Positions 1 through 8,941 of a DNA stretch of 64,000 nucleotides are shown one piece after another (the first letter of the stretch is position 1; each line of letters starts with the position of its first letter). A program made the translations under genes and the position numbers. The notes beneath the pieces were generated by a model. The model had not been told where the DNA came from. It made no database searches and saw only the letters and a list, made by a program, of their open reading frames with translations. The stretch spans positions 1-64,000 of the IMG/VR virus record IMGVR_UViG_3300047551_002812; one strand, written 5' to 3'. This stretch comes from a virus.

Positions 1-74
1 TGTCACGCCAGTCACGGCTGGACGGTTGTGGCCGGCGATAGGGTCCACGGACCCGATTGTCACAACGTGGACCA

Positions 75-82
75 GTTTAAAG
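75..82 (+). promoter_or_regulatory. Late-type promoter motif GTTTAAAG
   Basis: Representative copy. Others: 2993-3000(-), 7627-7634(-), 8779-8786(-), 11608-11615(-), 17957-17964(-), 24293-24300(-), 30935-30942(-), 32033-32040(-), 54519-54526(-), 55145-55152(+), 55518-55525(+), 56418-56425(+). Confidence 0.8.
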
Positions 83-103
83 TTAACTATATGGTGTTCA
101 ATC

Positions 104-556
104 ATGCTTACTACTTGGTTCTCAACTCAGGTACTCCCGTCGATTATCAGCGCGGCCAGTGGCGCCATTGCGGGCGTTGTCATCGCCGGTTGGGATAAGC
201 TCTCCGCCAAGTTTCTCCTGTCGAAACTCGGTCCGTCAGTGAAGACAGTGTATAACATCATCGACCCGATCCTCGATGGGAGTCTTCAGGGATGGAAGGA
301 CAGTGATATTGACAGGGCCCTCGGTCTAGCGATCGAGGTAGCGTACGACGGCAAACTGACCCCCGACGAGATCAACAGGATCGTGAGACTGATCTCCCAA
401 CGCTGGGTGCCTCAGATCGCCTCCGACAAAATCGCCAAGGGCCTCATCGGGGAGAAGGAACGTGCCGTGGCGGAGAGGATCAGAAGCGCCGTGGATGCTA
501 AGTCCATCAACGCCCCCGAGACCCTGCTCCTTCTCAAGAAACTCTACGTGGGTTGA
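104..556 (+). CDS. Hypothetical protein with N-terminal hydrophobic segment (possible membrane/holin-like)
   Basis: ORF 26..556; ATG at 104 lies 21 nt after a GTTTAAAG motif (75..82), so it is the likelier start. Hydrophobic stretch VLPSIISAASGAIAGVVIAGW. Confidence 0.6.
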   Translation: MLTTWFSTQVLPSIISAASGAIAGVVIAGWDKLSAKFLLSKLGPSVKTVYNIIDPILDGSLQGWKDSDIDRALGLAIEVAYDGKLTPDEINRIVRLISQRWVPQIASDKIAKGLIGEKERAVAERIRSAVDAKSINAPETLLLLKKLYVG

Positions 557-1336
557 TCAGAGATCAAAGACTCTTTTCATAAACCATGCCTTGAACCTCC
601 GTCCCCAAGTCTTCCTTGGGGTTTTCTTTTGTTCGGTAGTAGTAGTGGAGGTATAAGTGTGCTGTTGAGGCTGAGATTCCAGTTCTGGCTCGTTTTTGAT
701 CTCCTCTAAGGCCTTACTGATGCAGGGGAACTGCTCCGAGAAGACCCCGGAGATGGCGTGGGCAATCTCCATGTGCTCCTTCTGGGTACCATTAGCCCCG
801 CGGAGATCGATGTAGTGCATCCAGGAACGTAGGGTGCCGGTCATGTAGATCCGACTCGGGGAGTTCATGGGTAGGACCTTACGAGCGCACTCTTTGGCGA
901 CTCCGGCCTCCAGCATGTCATCATAGAGTTCTTGGGCCTCGGCAAAGAGCATCTTGATTCGTTGCTCGAACGCTCTTACCAGCTCAGGGTCCAGATCTGC
1001 GACGGAATTCTGGCGGTTCTTGGTGTCCTGGCGACGGAGCTCCGGCAGTTGGACAGTTCCTAGATCCTTCACGTCGGCGTAACGCTGGGAGAACTCTTGG
1101 AAACTGAAGGAGCGGTGGCGGATGATCTGGGCGGCGATATCGCGGGTGGTATTGATCTCCACGCACATAGAAGCCATCTCGAACGGGCTCCAGTGGCGAT
1201 TCTTGATGAGGTACTTGATCAGGCGGGAGGCCGTGTCGTAGTTTCCTTGGTTCTTAGGTGCCGACACACGCGCCATATCGGTGATGAGATGCTCCGCCTC
1301 AGGAGTCACCCACATTAGTTTGACCAGTTGAGCCAT
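557..1336 (-). CDS. thyX: FAD-dependent thymidylate synthase ThyX
   Basis: ThyX signature RHRSFSFQEFSQRY, plus HWSPFE, KECARKVLP and LRSWMHYIDLR. Confidence 0.97.
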   Translation of the reverse strand: MAQLVKLMWVTPEAEHLITDMARVSAPKNQGNYDTASRLIKYLIKNRHWSPFEMASMCVEINTTRDIAAQIIRHRSFSFQEFSQRYADVKDLGTVQLPELRRQDTKNRQNSVADLDPELVRAFEQRIKMLFAEAQELYDDMLEAGVAKECARKVLPMNSPSRIYMTGTLRSWMHYIDLRGANGTQKEHMEIAHAISGVFSEQFPCISKALEEIKNEPELESQPQQHTYTSTTTTEQKKTPRKTWGRRFKAWFMKRVFDL

Positions 1337-1360
1337 AAAAAAGAGGGGCTGTTACCCCTC
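1337..1360 (-). terminator. Intrinsic terminator overlapping the thyX promoter
   Basis: Minus strand GAGGGG-TAACAG-CCCCTC-TTTTTT immediately before the thyX ATG. Confidence 0.7.
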
Positions 1361-1378
1361 CATTCTACCACAGATATG

Positions 1379-2746
1379 TTAGTATGTCTCTCGCCATTGG
1401 ACTGCTGCAGCCACCCTTGCCACCGCGTTAGTCTGAGTACTTACCGTCTGGGCGGAGATCACATAGACTTCGGAATCGGTAGAATCGATGTTCTGCATGA
1501 TCACGCTTTTCTTTGAGTTGGAGATATCTCCGAAGGTGCCTGGTGACATGGAGTTCTGAGATGAACCGGAAGGGATGTATCCTGCGTTCAGCACACTCCC
1601 GCCGGTGTAACTGAGAGCATTTACACTATACTCCACTCCGCTATCGTCATCAGCCGGAGTCCATATTGCTCCGCCATTAAAAGTCAAGGATGAAGCGGAG
1701 TTCAATTTAACTAACTTGAATAGGATACTTTCATCAAGTACTGAAAATGAGATATTATTAATCCTCACCGACATCCTATTTGGTCCGGAGAACACCGAGT
1801 TCTTCAGTCTTATAGCCATGACCGGGAACGGCGTCGCGCCCGGCGTAGATGTTGTTCTGTACGAGGAGTTAGCCGCGGCGAAATCCACTCCGGTCTCCGA
1901 GTACCCGCCGGAACTGATCACCGACGAGCAGATATGCTCTAACGACCCACCTGACGTAGTACCGGTGTTAGCAACCTCCGCCCTGATAGGGAGGTTAGGA
2001 TTGCTCATGTACACCACATTCAGGTTGTTGGAGTGGAGTTGTTCGTGAGCGATGACGATCTTTCCATTATGAACAAAACCGAATCTGACCTTTCCGACTC
2101 CCAGCCACTGGAAATCAATGTAGAGAAGCTCGGTCTTTGTCGGATCGAAGTTGAATCCGGAATCTCCAGTCCCGTTACACTTATCCAATGACCAGTTAGC
2201 TTGGGTAATGCGTGTGTCTTGGGCAGTTCCGGTCGCGTACGAGCGGATCACGAAAGCCAGATCGGTTCCGGTCTGCTCTAGGAAGAGACCATTACGGGTA
2301 TCGAAGTACCCGATGCGTTTTGTCACGTTGGCCGACGCCATCCCCAGCACGAAGGAGGCGAAGATCTCCTGGGACTTACCAGGCTGGTACGGGTGGTAGT
2401 ACTTGCTCTGGTGGATGGCGTAGGAGGCGGTATTGGTTGTCGTGGAAAGAGTCACCGATGACCTATTAGAGTCCATGGTGACAAGTCCACCATTGCCGGT
2501 GGAGTCATTGAAGTTGAATCCGACTCCTGGAACATGTTTGTAGTCCCCCAGAGTGAAGGGAAGAGCGGCCTTCAGACGCCCGAAGGCATCTGTCGAATTA
2601 GCTGCGGACGAGGACGACCAACCAAACGGGTCCACGATGATCCCACGTGAGTCAGCGAGCTGATGCACGTAGAACATCTTGTTATTGGCTACGCTGATCG
2701 CCTCGTCGGTGGGGTGGGTCTCTAGCGGATTACTATAGTATGGCAT
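1379..2746 (-). CDS. Putative virion structural protein (beta-rich, lectin-like)
   Basis: 455 aa, S/T/G/N-rich; DAFGRL, YQPGKSQ and IDFQWLGVGKVRFG motifs typical of phage structural proteins. Confidence 0.65.
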   Translation of the reverse strand: MPYYSNPLETHPTDEAISVANNKMFYVHQLADSRGIIVDPFGWSSSSAANSTDAFGRLKAALPFTLGDYKHVPGVGFNFNDSTGNGGLVTMDSNRSSVTLSTTTNTASYAIHQSKYYHPYQPGKSQEIFASFVLGMASANVTKRIGYFDTRNGLFLEQTGTDLAFVIRSYATGTAQDTRITQANWSLDKCNGTGDSGFNFDPTKTELLYIDFQWLGVGKVRFGFVHNGKIVIAHEQLHSNNLNVVYMSNPNLPIRAEVANTGTTSGGSLEHICSSVISSGGYSETGVDFAAANSSYRTTSTPGATPFPVMAIRLKNSVFSGPNRMSVRINNISFSVLDESILFKLVKLNSASSLTFNGGAIWTPADDDSGVEYSVNALSYTGGSVLNAGYIPSGSSQNSMSPGTFGDISNSKKSVIMQNIDSTDSEVYVISAQTVSTQTNAVARVAAAVQWRETY

Positions 2747-2757
2747 CAGTCAGATCC

Positions 2758-2970
2758 TCACATGAGTATCTCTGGGTCCCACTCGATGGAGCGAGTAGCG
2801 ATGTTATTATTAACATCGTAGGTTATTGTCTCAGTGGCTACGGTTTTTCCACTCGCTCCGCCCTTCTTATAGACAACCTGAGTAGGCCCGTGGGAGGTTG
2901 TTGCGCCACTATGTGCTTGGTAATCGTGGCCGGGAACCTCCCAACCATTCTCGAATGCTGGATCTGCCAT
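2758..2970 (-). CDS. Small hypothetical late protein
   Basis: 70 aa ORF with GTTTAAAG 22 nt upstream. Confidence 0.65.
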   Translation of the reverse strand: MADPAFENGWEVPGHDYQAHSGATTSHGPTQVVYKKGGASGKTVATETITYDVNNNIATRSIEWDPEILM

Positions 2971-3002
2971 ACTCCATACTACTTATCCTATACTTTAAAC
3001 TA

Positions 3003-4175
3003 TCACTTCATGATCCTAACTACCTCGCCGAAGGGTAGATGGTCGTCTGGAACCCCACCCGGGCTAATGCACCACAGAACATCGCAATCTGGTTCCTTGA
3101 AGTCGTTAGTGGGAGCGTAACCGTCGGTGAACACGATACCTAAAGTCCGCACCGTAGAGTCCTCCTCGGAGACACTGCGAAGCTTCTCCATAACATTTAC
3201 AAACGAGGTACCTCCACCCCCTTCGAGTTTAGGAGTGCTAAAAATACTCTCCACCTCGCCTTGGTAGTAGAGATCGACGTCAAAGTACCACATCTCGCCG
3301 GTGATGTTAGGCAAAGCGTTTATGGCGAAACGGAGCTCGGCGATAAACTCCCCGAGAAGTTCCTCATCAACACTGCCGGACGTGTCCATGAACACGCACA
3401 CATGTATCTTACCACCACCCAGATCGTCCAGGTACATCCCGTTATGGATGAAGCGACGATCGAATCCCTCGAAGTCGGTACGGGACGCGGTGATGTACCT
3501 GTAAAGAACGTCCCTCCAGTTAATCGTGGGCTCTAGGAACTCGTCAAAGATTCTCCTTATCCCCGCACCCGTTGGTCCAGCACTCTTACTCTTCGCGATA
3601 GTCATCGCTTTGTTCAGAACGTCCTTCCAGTTTGTTTTACTACCACCTCCGATGGAAGGGTTTTCACCCTTACCCTGCTCTTTTGTCCCGGTTCCTGGCT
3701 GTAAGCACTGGTTTACATCAACGGCGGATTTACCGTATTTCTTACTGATATACTGCGGGTTGGTATGTTGCTTCTGCTTGAGAATATTGTAAATCTCGCG
3801 GACACTGAGGTGTTTTAAGTCGTTGTCGAATATGGCCTCTTCTGGTAGCACCATCTTATTATCCATGATGATGCCATTGACCACGATATCGGCCGCGATG
3901 TTGGCCGTGATGGGATCAGACTTAAACAGATCCTTCATGCGCTCGATATGTTCGAGCGCCATATGAAGAACCTCGTGAAGGAGAATAGAGCGGAAATATT
4001 CCGGGGACTGACCGTTCATAAACTCCTCGTTGAGGAACATTACGTTCCCGTTAGTCGCCGCAGTGGGTACATCGTCAGTGATCTCGTACTTGGTGTTTAA
4101 CAATAGCGTTCCGAAGAACGGCGACTGTTTTAGTAACTTCACCCTGGATTTGACTATACTCTCTTCGATACTCAT
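3003..4175 (-). CDS. Metallopeptidase (DUF2201-like) plus VWA domain protein
   Basis: TAATNG, HEVLH zinc motif, NIAADIVVN; C-terminal MIDAS DTSGS, GGGTSF and FTDGY. Confidence 0.9.
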   Translation of the reverse strand: MSIEESIVKSRVKLLKQSPFFGTLLLNTKYEITDDVPTAATNGNVMFLNEEFMNGQSPEYFRSILLHEVLHMALEHIERMKDLFKSDPITANIAADIVVNGIIMDNKMVLPEEAIFDNDLKHLSVREIYNILKQKQHTNPQYISKKYGKSAVDVNQCLQPGTGTKEQGKGENPSIGGGSKTNWKDVLNKAMTIAKSKSAGPTGAGIRRIFDEFLEPTINWRDVLYRYITASRTDFEGFDRRFIHNGMYLDDLGGGKIHVCVFMDTSGSVDEELLGEFIAELRFAINALPNITGEMWYFDVDLYYQGEVESIFSTPKLEGGGGTSFVNVMEKLRSVSEEDSTVRTLGIVFTDGYAPTNDFKEPDCDVLWCISPGGVPDDHLPFGEVVRIMK

Positions 4176-5167
4176 CGCAGAAGCTCCTGGTACTTGGTGA
4201 TGAACGCCTTGACTTGCGGGTCCTTGGCGATAAGTTTGATAAAGGCTCCTTGGAGGTTATTGGCTTTCAAGGAGATCATAGCGTCACTCATGAAGAGTCC
4301 GACGTAATCCTCAGTGGTACCTTTGATCAGCCACTTGGTCCCGTTGTAGAAGTCCTGAGCGGACTTGGCCCTAGAGACGATAGAACCGCACACGGCGTAC
4401 ATCAGGGAAGGCTCACGGGGTACCTCTACGTCCTCTCCGGAGAGGATCCGGCTGATGTCCGGAAGGCGGGAGTAGATAGACTGGTAGGCGTAGAACTCCG
4501 CGGACGTTCCCTCACCCACTGCAGAGGCGATGTCCAACTCGATATCGAGCAGGGAGTCGGCAAACTCCCAACTACGGGGGGAGGGCCAAGCGGTGGCGTT
4601 CTTGTTGAAATCGAAGAGGAGCTGGGGACGGAAGTTGAGGAAGGAGACGATCTGCTCATTGATCCCTTTCTTGATCGCGTATTCCTTCCACGAGGAGAGA
4701 TCAGACTCGACATTGAAGTGGATGAAGCGGTTGGCCACAGGAGCCGGCATCTGGGACACCGCAGCGCGATCCTCGGCACGGTTTCCGGCAGCCACGATAA
4801 ACCATCCCTCGGGGACTTTGTAATCTCCGACTTGGCGATCGAGAATGAGTTGCTGGGCGATTCCCATCATCGAAGGGGACGCCATGTTAAACTCATCGAC
4901 AAAGAGGATGCCTTTCCCGTCTCGCGGAAGGAATGATGGCGGAGCGAATTTTGCCATGCCCTCTTCGACGTAAGGTAGACCTCGGATATCAGTGGGGGCC
5001 AACTGGGAGATGCGAAGATCAGTGAGTTCTAGGTCATTGTCTTGGGCGATCTTCCTAACGATCGACGATTTACCTACACCCGGAGGACCCCATAGAAACA
5101 CCGAGTGGGGAACAGATTTGCTGATGATCTTAGTCAGAGCGGACTGGACTTCTGAGATGGTTGCCAT
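4172..5167 (-). CDS. MoxR-like AAA+ ATPase
   Basis: Walker A GPPGVGKS, Walker B LFVDE, AAGN, NRF; overlaps the VWA gene start (ATGA). Confidence 0.92.
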   Translation of the reverse strand: MATISEVQSALTKIISKSVPHSVFLWGPPGVGKSSIVRKIAQDNDLELTDLRISQLAPTDIRGLPYVEEGMAKFAPPSFLPRDGKGILFVDEFNMASPSMMGIAQQLILDRQVGDYKVPEGWFIVAAGNRAEDRAAVSQMPAPVANRFIHFNVESDLSSWKEYAIKKGINEQIVSFLNFRPQLLFDFNKNATAWPSPRSWEFADSLLDIELDIASAVGEGTSAEFYAYQSIYSRLPDISRILSGEDVEVPREPSLMYAVCGSIVSRAKSAQDFYNGTKWLIKGTTEDYVGLFMSDAMISLKANNLQGAFIKLIAKDPQVKAFITKYQELLR

Positions 5168-5201
5168 GGGGTCTTGCGTTGGTACCCACTCATCATACTA
5201 G

Positions 5202-5224
5202 AAAGGGAGGCCAAGAAGCCTCCC
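5202..5224 (-). terminator. Intrinsic terminator after hsp20
   Basis: Minus strand GGGAGGC-TTCTTG-GCCTCCC-TTT. Confidence 0.6.
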
Positions 5225-5250
5225 AGTGTTACAGTCCGTAATATGGCTAC

Positions 5251-5685
5251 TTACCGGATCTCCACTACCTTGGGTTTCTCCTCGTCGGGTACCAGTTTCT
5301 CCAGCTCGATAGTTAGGAGTCCGTCTGAGAATCTAGCGGAACGAACCTCGACGTCTCCATCGAGCTGGAACTTAACATTGAAGTCCCTGCGGGCCATGCC
5401 CCTATGCGAGTACTCGCGGTCTTTGGAGTTCTCGTCTGCTTTGCCAGATACCAGCAGGTACCCATTCTTCAGTTTGACATCAAGGTTCTCCTTCCTGTAC
5501 CCGGCGAGGGCGAACTCCATGAACGTGACGTACGGATTACCACCAATCGTTCGGTAGATATTGTACTTGGGGAAACCTATACTGGAGTTAGAAGTCCCAA
5601 AAAACATGTCCGTGAGTTGCTTCTCGAATTCCGTCGGTTCCAACCTTTTTCTTGAGTACGGCGAGACCGTGAATAAATCGATCAT
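5251..5685 (-). CDS. hsp20: Small heat-shock protein (Hsp20/IbpA family)
   Basis: FPKYNI, FALAGY, YSHRGMARRDF, DGLLTIELEKLVPDEEKPKVVEI. Confidence 0.95.
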   Translation of the reverse strand: MIDLFTVSPYSRKRLEPTEFEKQLTDMFFGTSNSSIGFPKYNIYRTIGGNPYVTFMEFALAGYRKENLDVKLKNGYLLVSGKADENSKDREYSHRGMARRDFNVKFQLDGDVEVRSARFSDGLLTIELEKLVPDEEKPKVVEIR

Positions 5686-5687
5686 TG

Positions 5688-5740
5688 TTTTACCTTAAAA
5701 AGCGTAAATGAGTGGGCGGGACCCTCTTAGGCATCCCACC
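5688..5740 (-). promoter_or_regulatory. Structured hsp20 5' UTR, ROSE-like RNA thermometer candidate
   Basis: UUUAC-G(bulge)-CUU-UUU-AAG-GUAAA stem occludes the AAGG RBS; upstream hairpin GGUGGGAUGCC..GGGUCCCGCC. Confidence 0.55.
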
Positions 5741-5786
5741 TACAGTATTTTAATCTAGGTACCGGAAAAAGTATGTAGGGGATTTG

Positions 5787-5939
5787 CTACTCCTGAGGTG
5801 GTAATTTCCCACTACTAACGTAGTTCCTGAATACCTCCATCATCTCGTTGGTCGGGATCCCGCAATGAAGAGCGGCCCGGGGGACATTCCAACGGGCCAC
5901 GTAAAGCATCTCTATGGACTCCTTGAGTCTATCGTTCAC
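5787..5939 (-). CDS. Small cyanophage-type hypothetical protein
   Basis: GTG at 5939 overlaps the endolysin stop (GTGA); MLYVARWNVPRAALHCG. Confidence 0.6.
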   Translation of the reverse strand: MNDRLKESIEMLYVARWNVPRAALHCGIPTNEMMEVFRNYVSSGKLPPQE

Positions 5940-7210
5940 TTCTCGGCGATGATCCCCCACCCTGTACCCATACCCTCCACCATCCATCTCTTGTTGAGAT
6001 TAGCGTAGGAGTAACGTTGGAAGGCACCATTTGTGGAACCGTAGTACCCACCGTTGACAAGATCCAACTCGCCGTATGGGTCGTGGACTATGTAATGGGC
6101 TTTATCCTTGTCGTAGCCTATGACGCACACCCAGTGACCACCACCACGCGGAGCGGATACGTGGCCGTGATGGAGAATGCCAATGGGGACCGGGATACCT
6201 TTGTCGATCTGAGCCTCTATATCGCTCTGGAAGAGGTTGGTTGCTTTGCTAGCTTTTATCCCCAGGTCGCGCAGGGCCTGGATCTGGGCGTTGGGATCCG
6301 TGGTGTCCCCGTACCTGAATACGTAATTTTTCATATAGTAGTCATCCTCCTGCTCCGCTACCTCGATGGCTTTAGGGTTGAGATAGTCCGCCATCATCGC
6401 GCACGAGCTGGAGAAGCACATGCGATTGGCGTGGGTAGTACGACTATCTCGCTGAGGGAAGTACTTGACCTGAAGTACCTTGTACTCGTCTGACTTGCTA
6501 TCAACTTCGCTGATACCCTGTAGTCTCCAGTGAGGATTGTATATGTACCAGGCCCCGGCACCGTAGTCAAGGATGACCTTGGAGTGGATCCCCTCGTCGA
6601 CAATGTCGGAGATCTGGTAACCCTTACCTTTCTGCACCGCCTTCTTCATGTTGAAGTCAAGCTGGTAGGATTGGAGTGGTTCCTTCTTAAGTAGGGTGTC
6701 CTGCAGGGCTACTATTTGTTGTTTTTCCATAGAGTTCTTTTTCAGACCTTTGGACCACAGGGCACCTTCCGCGATCCTTCGCCTCTTGAGTCCTTCCTCA
6801 ACGCTAGTCCCAGGGTTTCTGTAGAGTAGTAACGAGTCTGGGATCAGGTTCCATTCCTTGTTCCTCAGTCTTCTGGAGATGGTCTCGAACCCTTCGGAGC
6901 CGTAGAACCTCGCGCCCAAGTTATAGGCAAAACTGAGCAGGGCCCCTATCTGCTCCTGAGACATCTCTGACAGGTACGGGATCCGTTCGAGAGCGGGCAT
7001 ATATCCCACCTCGAGTTGGTAGAGAAGGAGCTCATCAGCCTCCTTCTGAGTTATCTCCTCGCCGGGAGAGAACGGGGACCCGTCCTTTTTAACCGTGGAT
7101 CCCCAACCGATCGTGTAGGGTTTACCGCCACTCAGCGGATCAGGGTAAGCCTTCAGGCGGCAACCCTCGAACCTCTTGATAAGATCAACACCGTAGGTAG
7201 GTGGTTTCAT
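5936..7210 (-). CDS. Endolysin: GH24 lysozyme plus C39-like peptidase
   Basis: LIKRFEGCRLKAYPD..TIGWG, ALLSFAYNLG, GLKRRRIAE; C-terminal QRD..CFSSSCAM, GGHW, VHDPYG. Confidence 0.9.
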   Translation of the reverse strand: MKPPTYGVDLIKRFEGCRLKAYPDPLSGGKPYTIGWGSTVKKDGSPFSPGEEITQKEADELLLYQLEVGYMPALERIPYLSEMSQEQIGALLSFAYNLGARFYGSEGFETISRRLRNKEWNLIPDSLLLYRNPGTSVEEGLKRRRIAEGALWSKGLKKNSMEKQQIVALQDTLLKKEPLQSYQLDFNMKKAVQKGKGYQISDIVDEGIHSKVILDYGAGAWYIYNPHWRLQGISEVDSKSDEYKVLQVKYFPQRDSRTTHANRMCFSSSCAMMADYLNPKAIEVAEQEDDYYMKNYVFRYGDTTDPNAQIQALRDLGIKASKATNLFQSDIEAQIDKGIPVPIGILHHGHVSAPRGGGHWVCVIGYDKDKAHYIVHDPYGELDLVNGGYYGSTNGAFQRYSYANLNKRWMVEGMGTGWGIIAEK

Positions 7211-7596
7211 TCTTCATCTTCTCCGTCCCCGAACACCGGGGGATAGTCACGCGCCTCGAACTTGACCCCTAGGATCTGATCTGATCCATCGATCTCCTCC
7301 ACCTCGGGGTGGTTAGGTGAGGAGACCATTAACTCCCGAAGTTTCTCCGGGATCAGTTCCTGGCTTTTTTCCGGTTCGTTTACCTTCCCCCACTGGGTAA
7401 GTTGACCTTTACCACCGGAGAGTTTACTCATATTACTGAGATGGTCGAGAAGCATCTGCTTCTGCGTTATCTCCAAGAGTTTCTCCTTTTTCTCCAACTC
7501 ACGCTTATCAATAAAACTGTTCAATCCGATCATCAAAGATAGTAATCCTAGACCCCAAGAAGAGAATACAAATATGTAAAGCAGTACTGCGGTCAT
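7207..7596 (-). CDS. Single-pass membrane protein upstream of the endolysin (lysis accessory candidate)
   Basis: N-terminal hydrophobic 27 aa; translationally coupled to the endolysin; late motif upstream. Confidence 0.6.
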   Translation of the reverse strand: MTAVLLYIFVFSSWGLGLLSLMIGLNSFIDKRELEKKEKLLEITQKQMLLDHLSNMSKLSGGKGQLTQWGKVNEPEKSQELIPEKLRELMVSSPNHPEVEEIDGSDQILGVKFEARDYPPVFGDGEDEE

Positions 7597-7667
7597 AGAG
7601 ACTCCTATGCTGATTGGTCTATGCTACTTTAAACTATGAGTCTGGATCTGTAAACCCTTCCTTGGTT

Positions 7668-8141
7668 TTATTTCAACGACTTAGCACCATTGCATCTCCA
7701 TTTTCTCCTGGAGAGGCACATTGGAGTGCTGCGATCGGGTCCGGAGCAATCCATACCCTCCGACTTCATATCCCCTAGCGAACGTGCGCAGTAGGAATCG
7801 CCACGTTTAGTCCCAGGAGCGATCTTATAACCCTTAGCCCCGTACCGAACCTTCCTCACCCTTCCGGTTTTTGAGTCTTTATACGTATGCGTATACTTCT
7901 TACCATCATCAGCGTAGGTGATGTTATTCGCCTCGTTGGAGGTTTCTGGACGTCCAGTAGCAACTGTCCTCCAGTACTCGTACTCATCCTCGGACATCTC
8001 GAGTTCGTCGTCAAGCATATCCGACTTGTCCTGGTCGCCGCGGAGATGGGACTCCTTTGTGATGGGTGGCCCGACCACCTCGCCGAATGAGGGATGAACG
8101 GACCAACCTTCGGGTAGCGTGAAATCAGTTTCTGTAGACAT
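7668..8141 (-). CDS. Hypothetical protein with basic C-terminal domain and N-terminal PEGW motif
   Basis: LPEGWSV; [22 protein letters not shown]. Confidence 0.75.
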   Translation of the reverse strand: MSTETDFTLPEGWSVHPSFGEVVGPPITKESHLRGDQDKSDMLDDELEMSEDEYEYWRTVATGRPETSNEANNITYADDGKKYTHTYKDSKTGRVRKVRYGAKGYKIAPGTKRGDSYCARSLGDMKSEGMDCSGPDRSTPMCLSRRKWRCNGAKSLK

Positions 8142-8757
8142 TGGAACTTACCGACCAACCATCAGGAACACTGACCTCGGAGTGGTTATCGCACTCGCAC
8201 TCCCCGTTATCTGAGGATTTAGGAACGCAGTTGGGAACCGACCTACCTCCTTTTCCTTTCTTCATCCCTACCATCTCGTAATCCTTCCAGCATGGATCGG
8301 AGTCCTCGGCGTTATCGGATGTCTCTTTGTCACTACCCATAGCCTCCTTGATCGCATTGTCCCGTGAGATCTTCCAATCCTCGGAATCAACATCACCATC
8401 GTTATCTTGGTCTTTACCCTCGGCCATGTCCTCGGCACCTTCATCCTCTCCGGGGTGCGAGAGGTGCTGGGAAACGGCGGTGAGGTAGTCCTGAGCCTTG
8501 GTGATTTTCGCCTGGGCCCACTCGGGTAGGTCGGTCATCTCCGAGACCATATCGTCGATTTTTTTGGCCATCTCCATGATGGAGCGAACATCACCCTGGG
8601 CCATCTGCCCCTCCTCTGGCTCCGCGGAGTCGTACTTCGACTTACCGGCTTTATCAAGGGCGATCGCGATGGCTTGCTTCTGGGGTTTACCAGATTCCAT
8701 CTCTCGCTTTATATTGCCAGAGATGGTCTCCTGGCTAGATCCTTCTCTGAGGGGCAT
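8125..8757 (-). CDS. Multi-minidomain putative internal head protein
   Basis: [14 protein letters not shown] domain, [41 protein letters not shown]-terminal VPDGW. Confidence 0.75.
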   Translation of the reverse strand: MPLREGSSQETISGNIKREMESGKPQKQAIAIALDKAGKSKYDSAEPEEGQMAQGDVRSIMEMAKKIDDMVSEMTDLPEWAQAKITKAQDYLTAVSQHLSHPGEDEGAEDMAEGKDQDNDGDVDSEDWKISRDNAIKEAMGSDKETSDNAEDSDPCWKDYEMVGMKKGKGGRSVPNCVPKSSDNGECECDNHSEVSVPDGWSVSSNVYRN

Positions 8758-8785
8758 AGGACTATGGCGTATATGGTGCTTTAAA

Positions 8786-8938
8786 CTACTGTTTTTCCTG
8801 CTCTTTCCAACCTTCCGGAGGTTGAGGTTTTGCCTTTATCACTCTAAATAAGGTGTCAGTATCATCACTATCAAGCGCTTTTTTTCTCATAGCGAGACGC
8901 TGTTTCTGATACTCTGTTAGATTTTCGTATGGGTCCAT
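8786..8938 (-). CDS. Unlisted 50-aa protein ending [14 protein letters not shown]
   Basis: Translated by hand: [50 protein letters not shown]; fills the gap between neighbours exactly. Confidence 0.75.
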   Translation of the reverse strand: MDPYENLTEYQKQRLAMRKKALDSDDTDTLFRVIKAKPQPPEGWKEQEKQ

Positions 8939-8941
8939 GGT

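Noticed and set aside
26-103. ORF-track starts at 26, 5987, 26143, 26225 and 31982
   Set aside because: Downstream starts fit promoter spacing or stop-start coupling better.
4795-4820. PEGW inside MoxR (KVPEGWFIV) and TerL (DPEGWKEL)
   Set aside because: These lie in folded catalytic domains where similar residues are family-typical, so they were not counted as tags. Mimicry cannot be excluded.
8660-8667. Cyanobacterial HIP1 octamer GCGATCGC
   Set aside because: Only an isolated copy was noticed; the enrichment concerns the GATC core, not HIP1.
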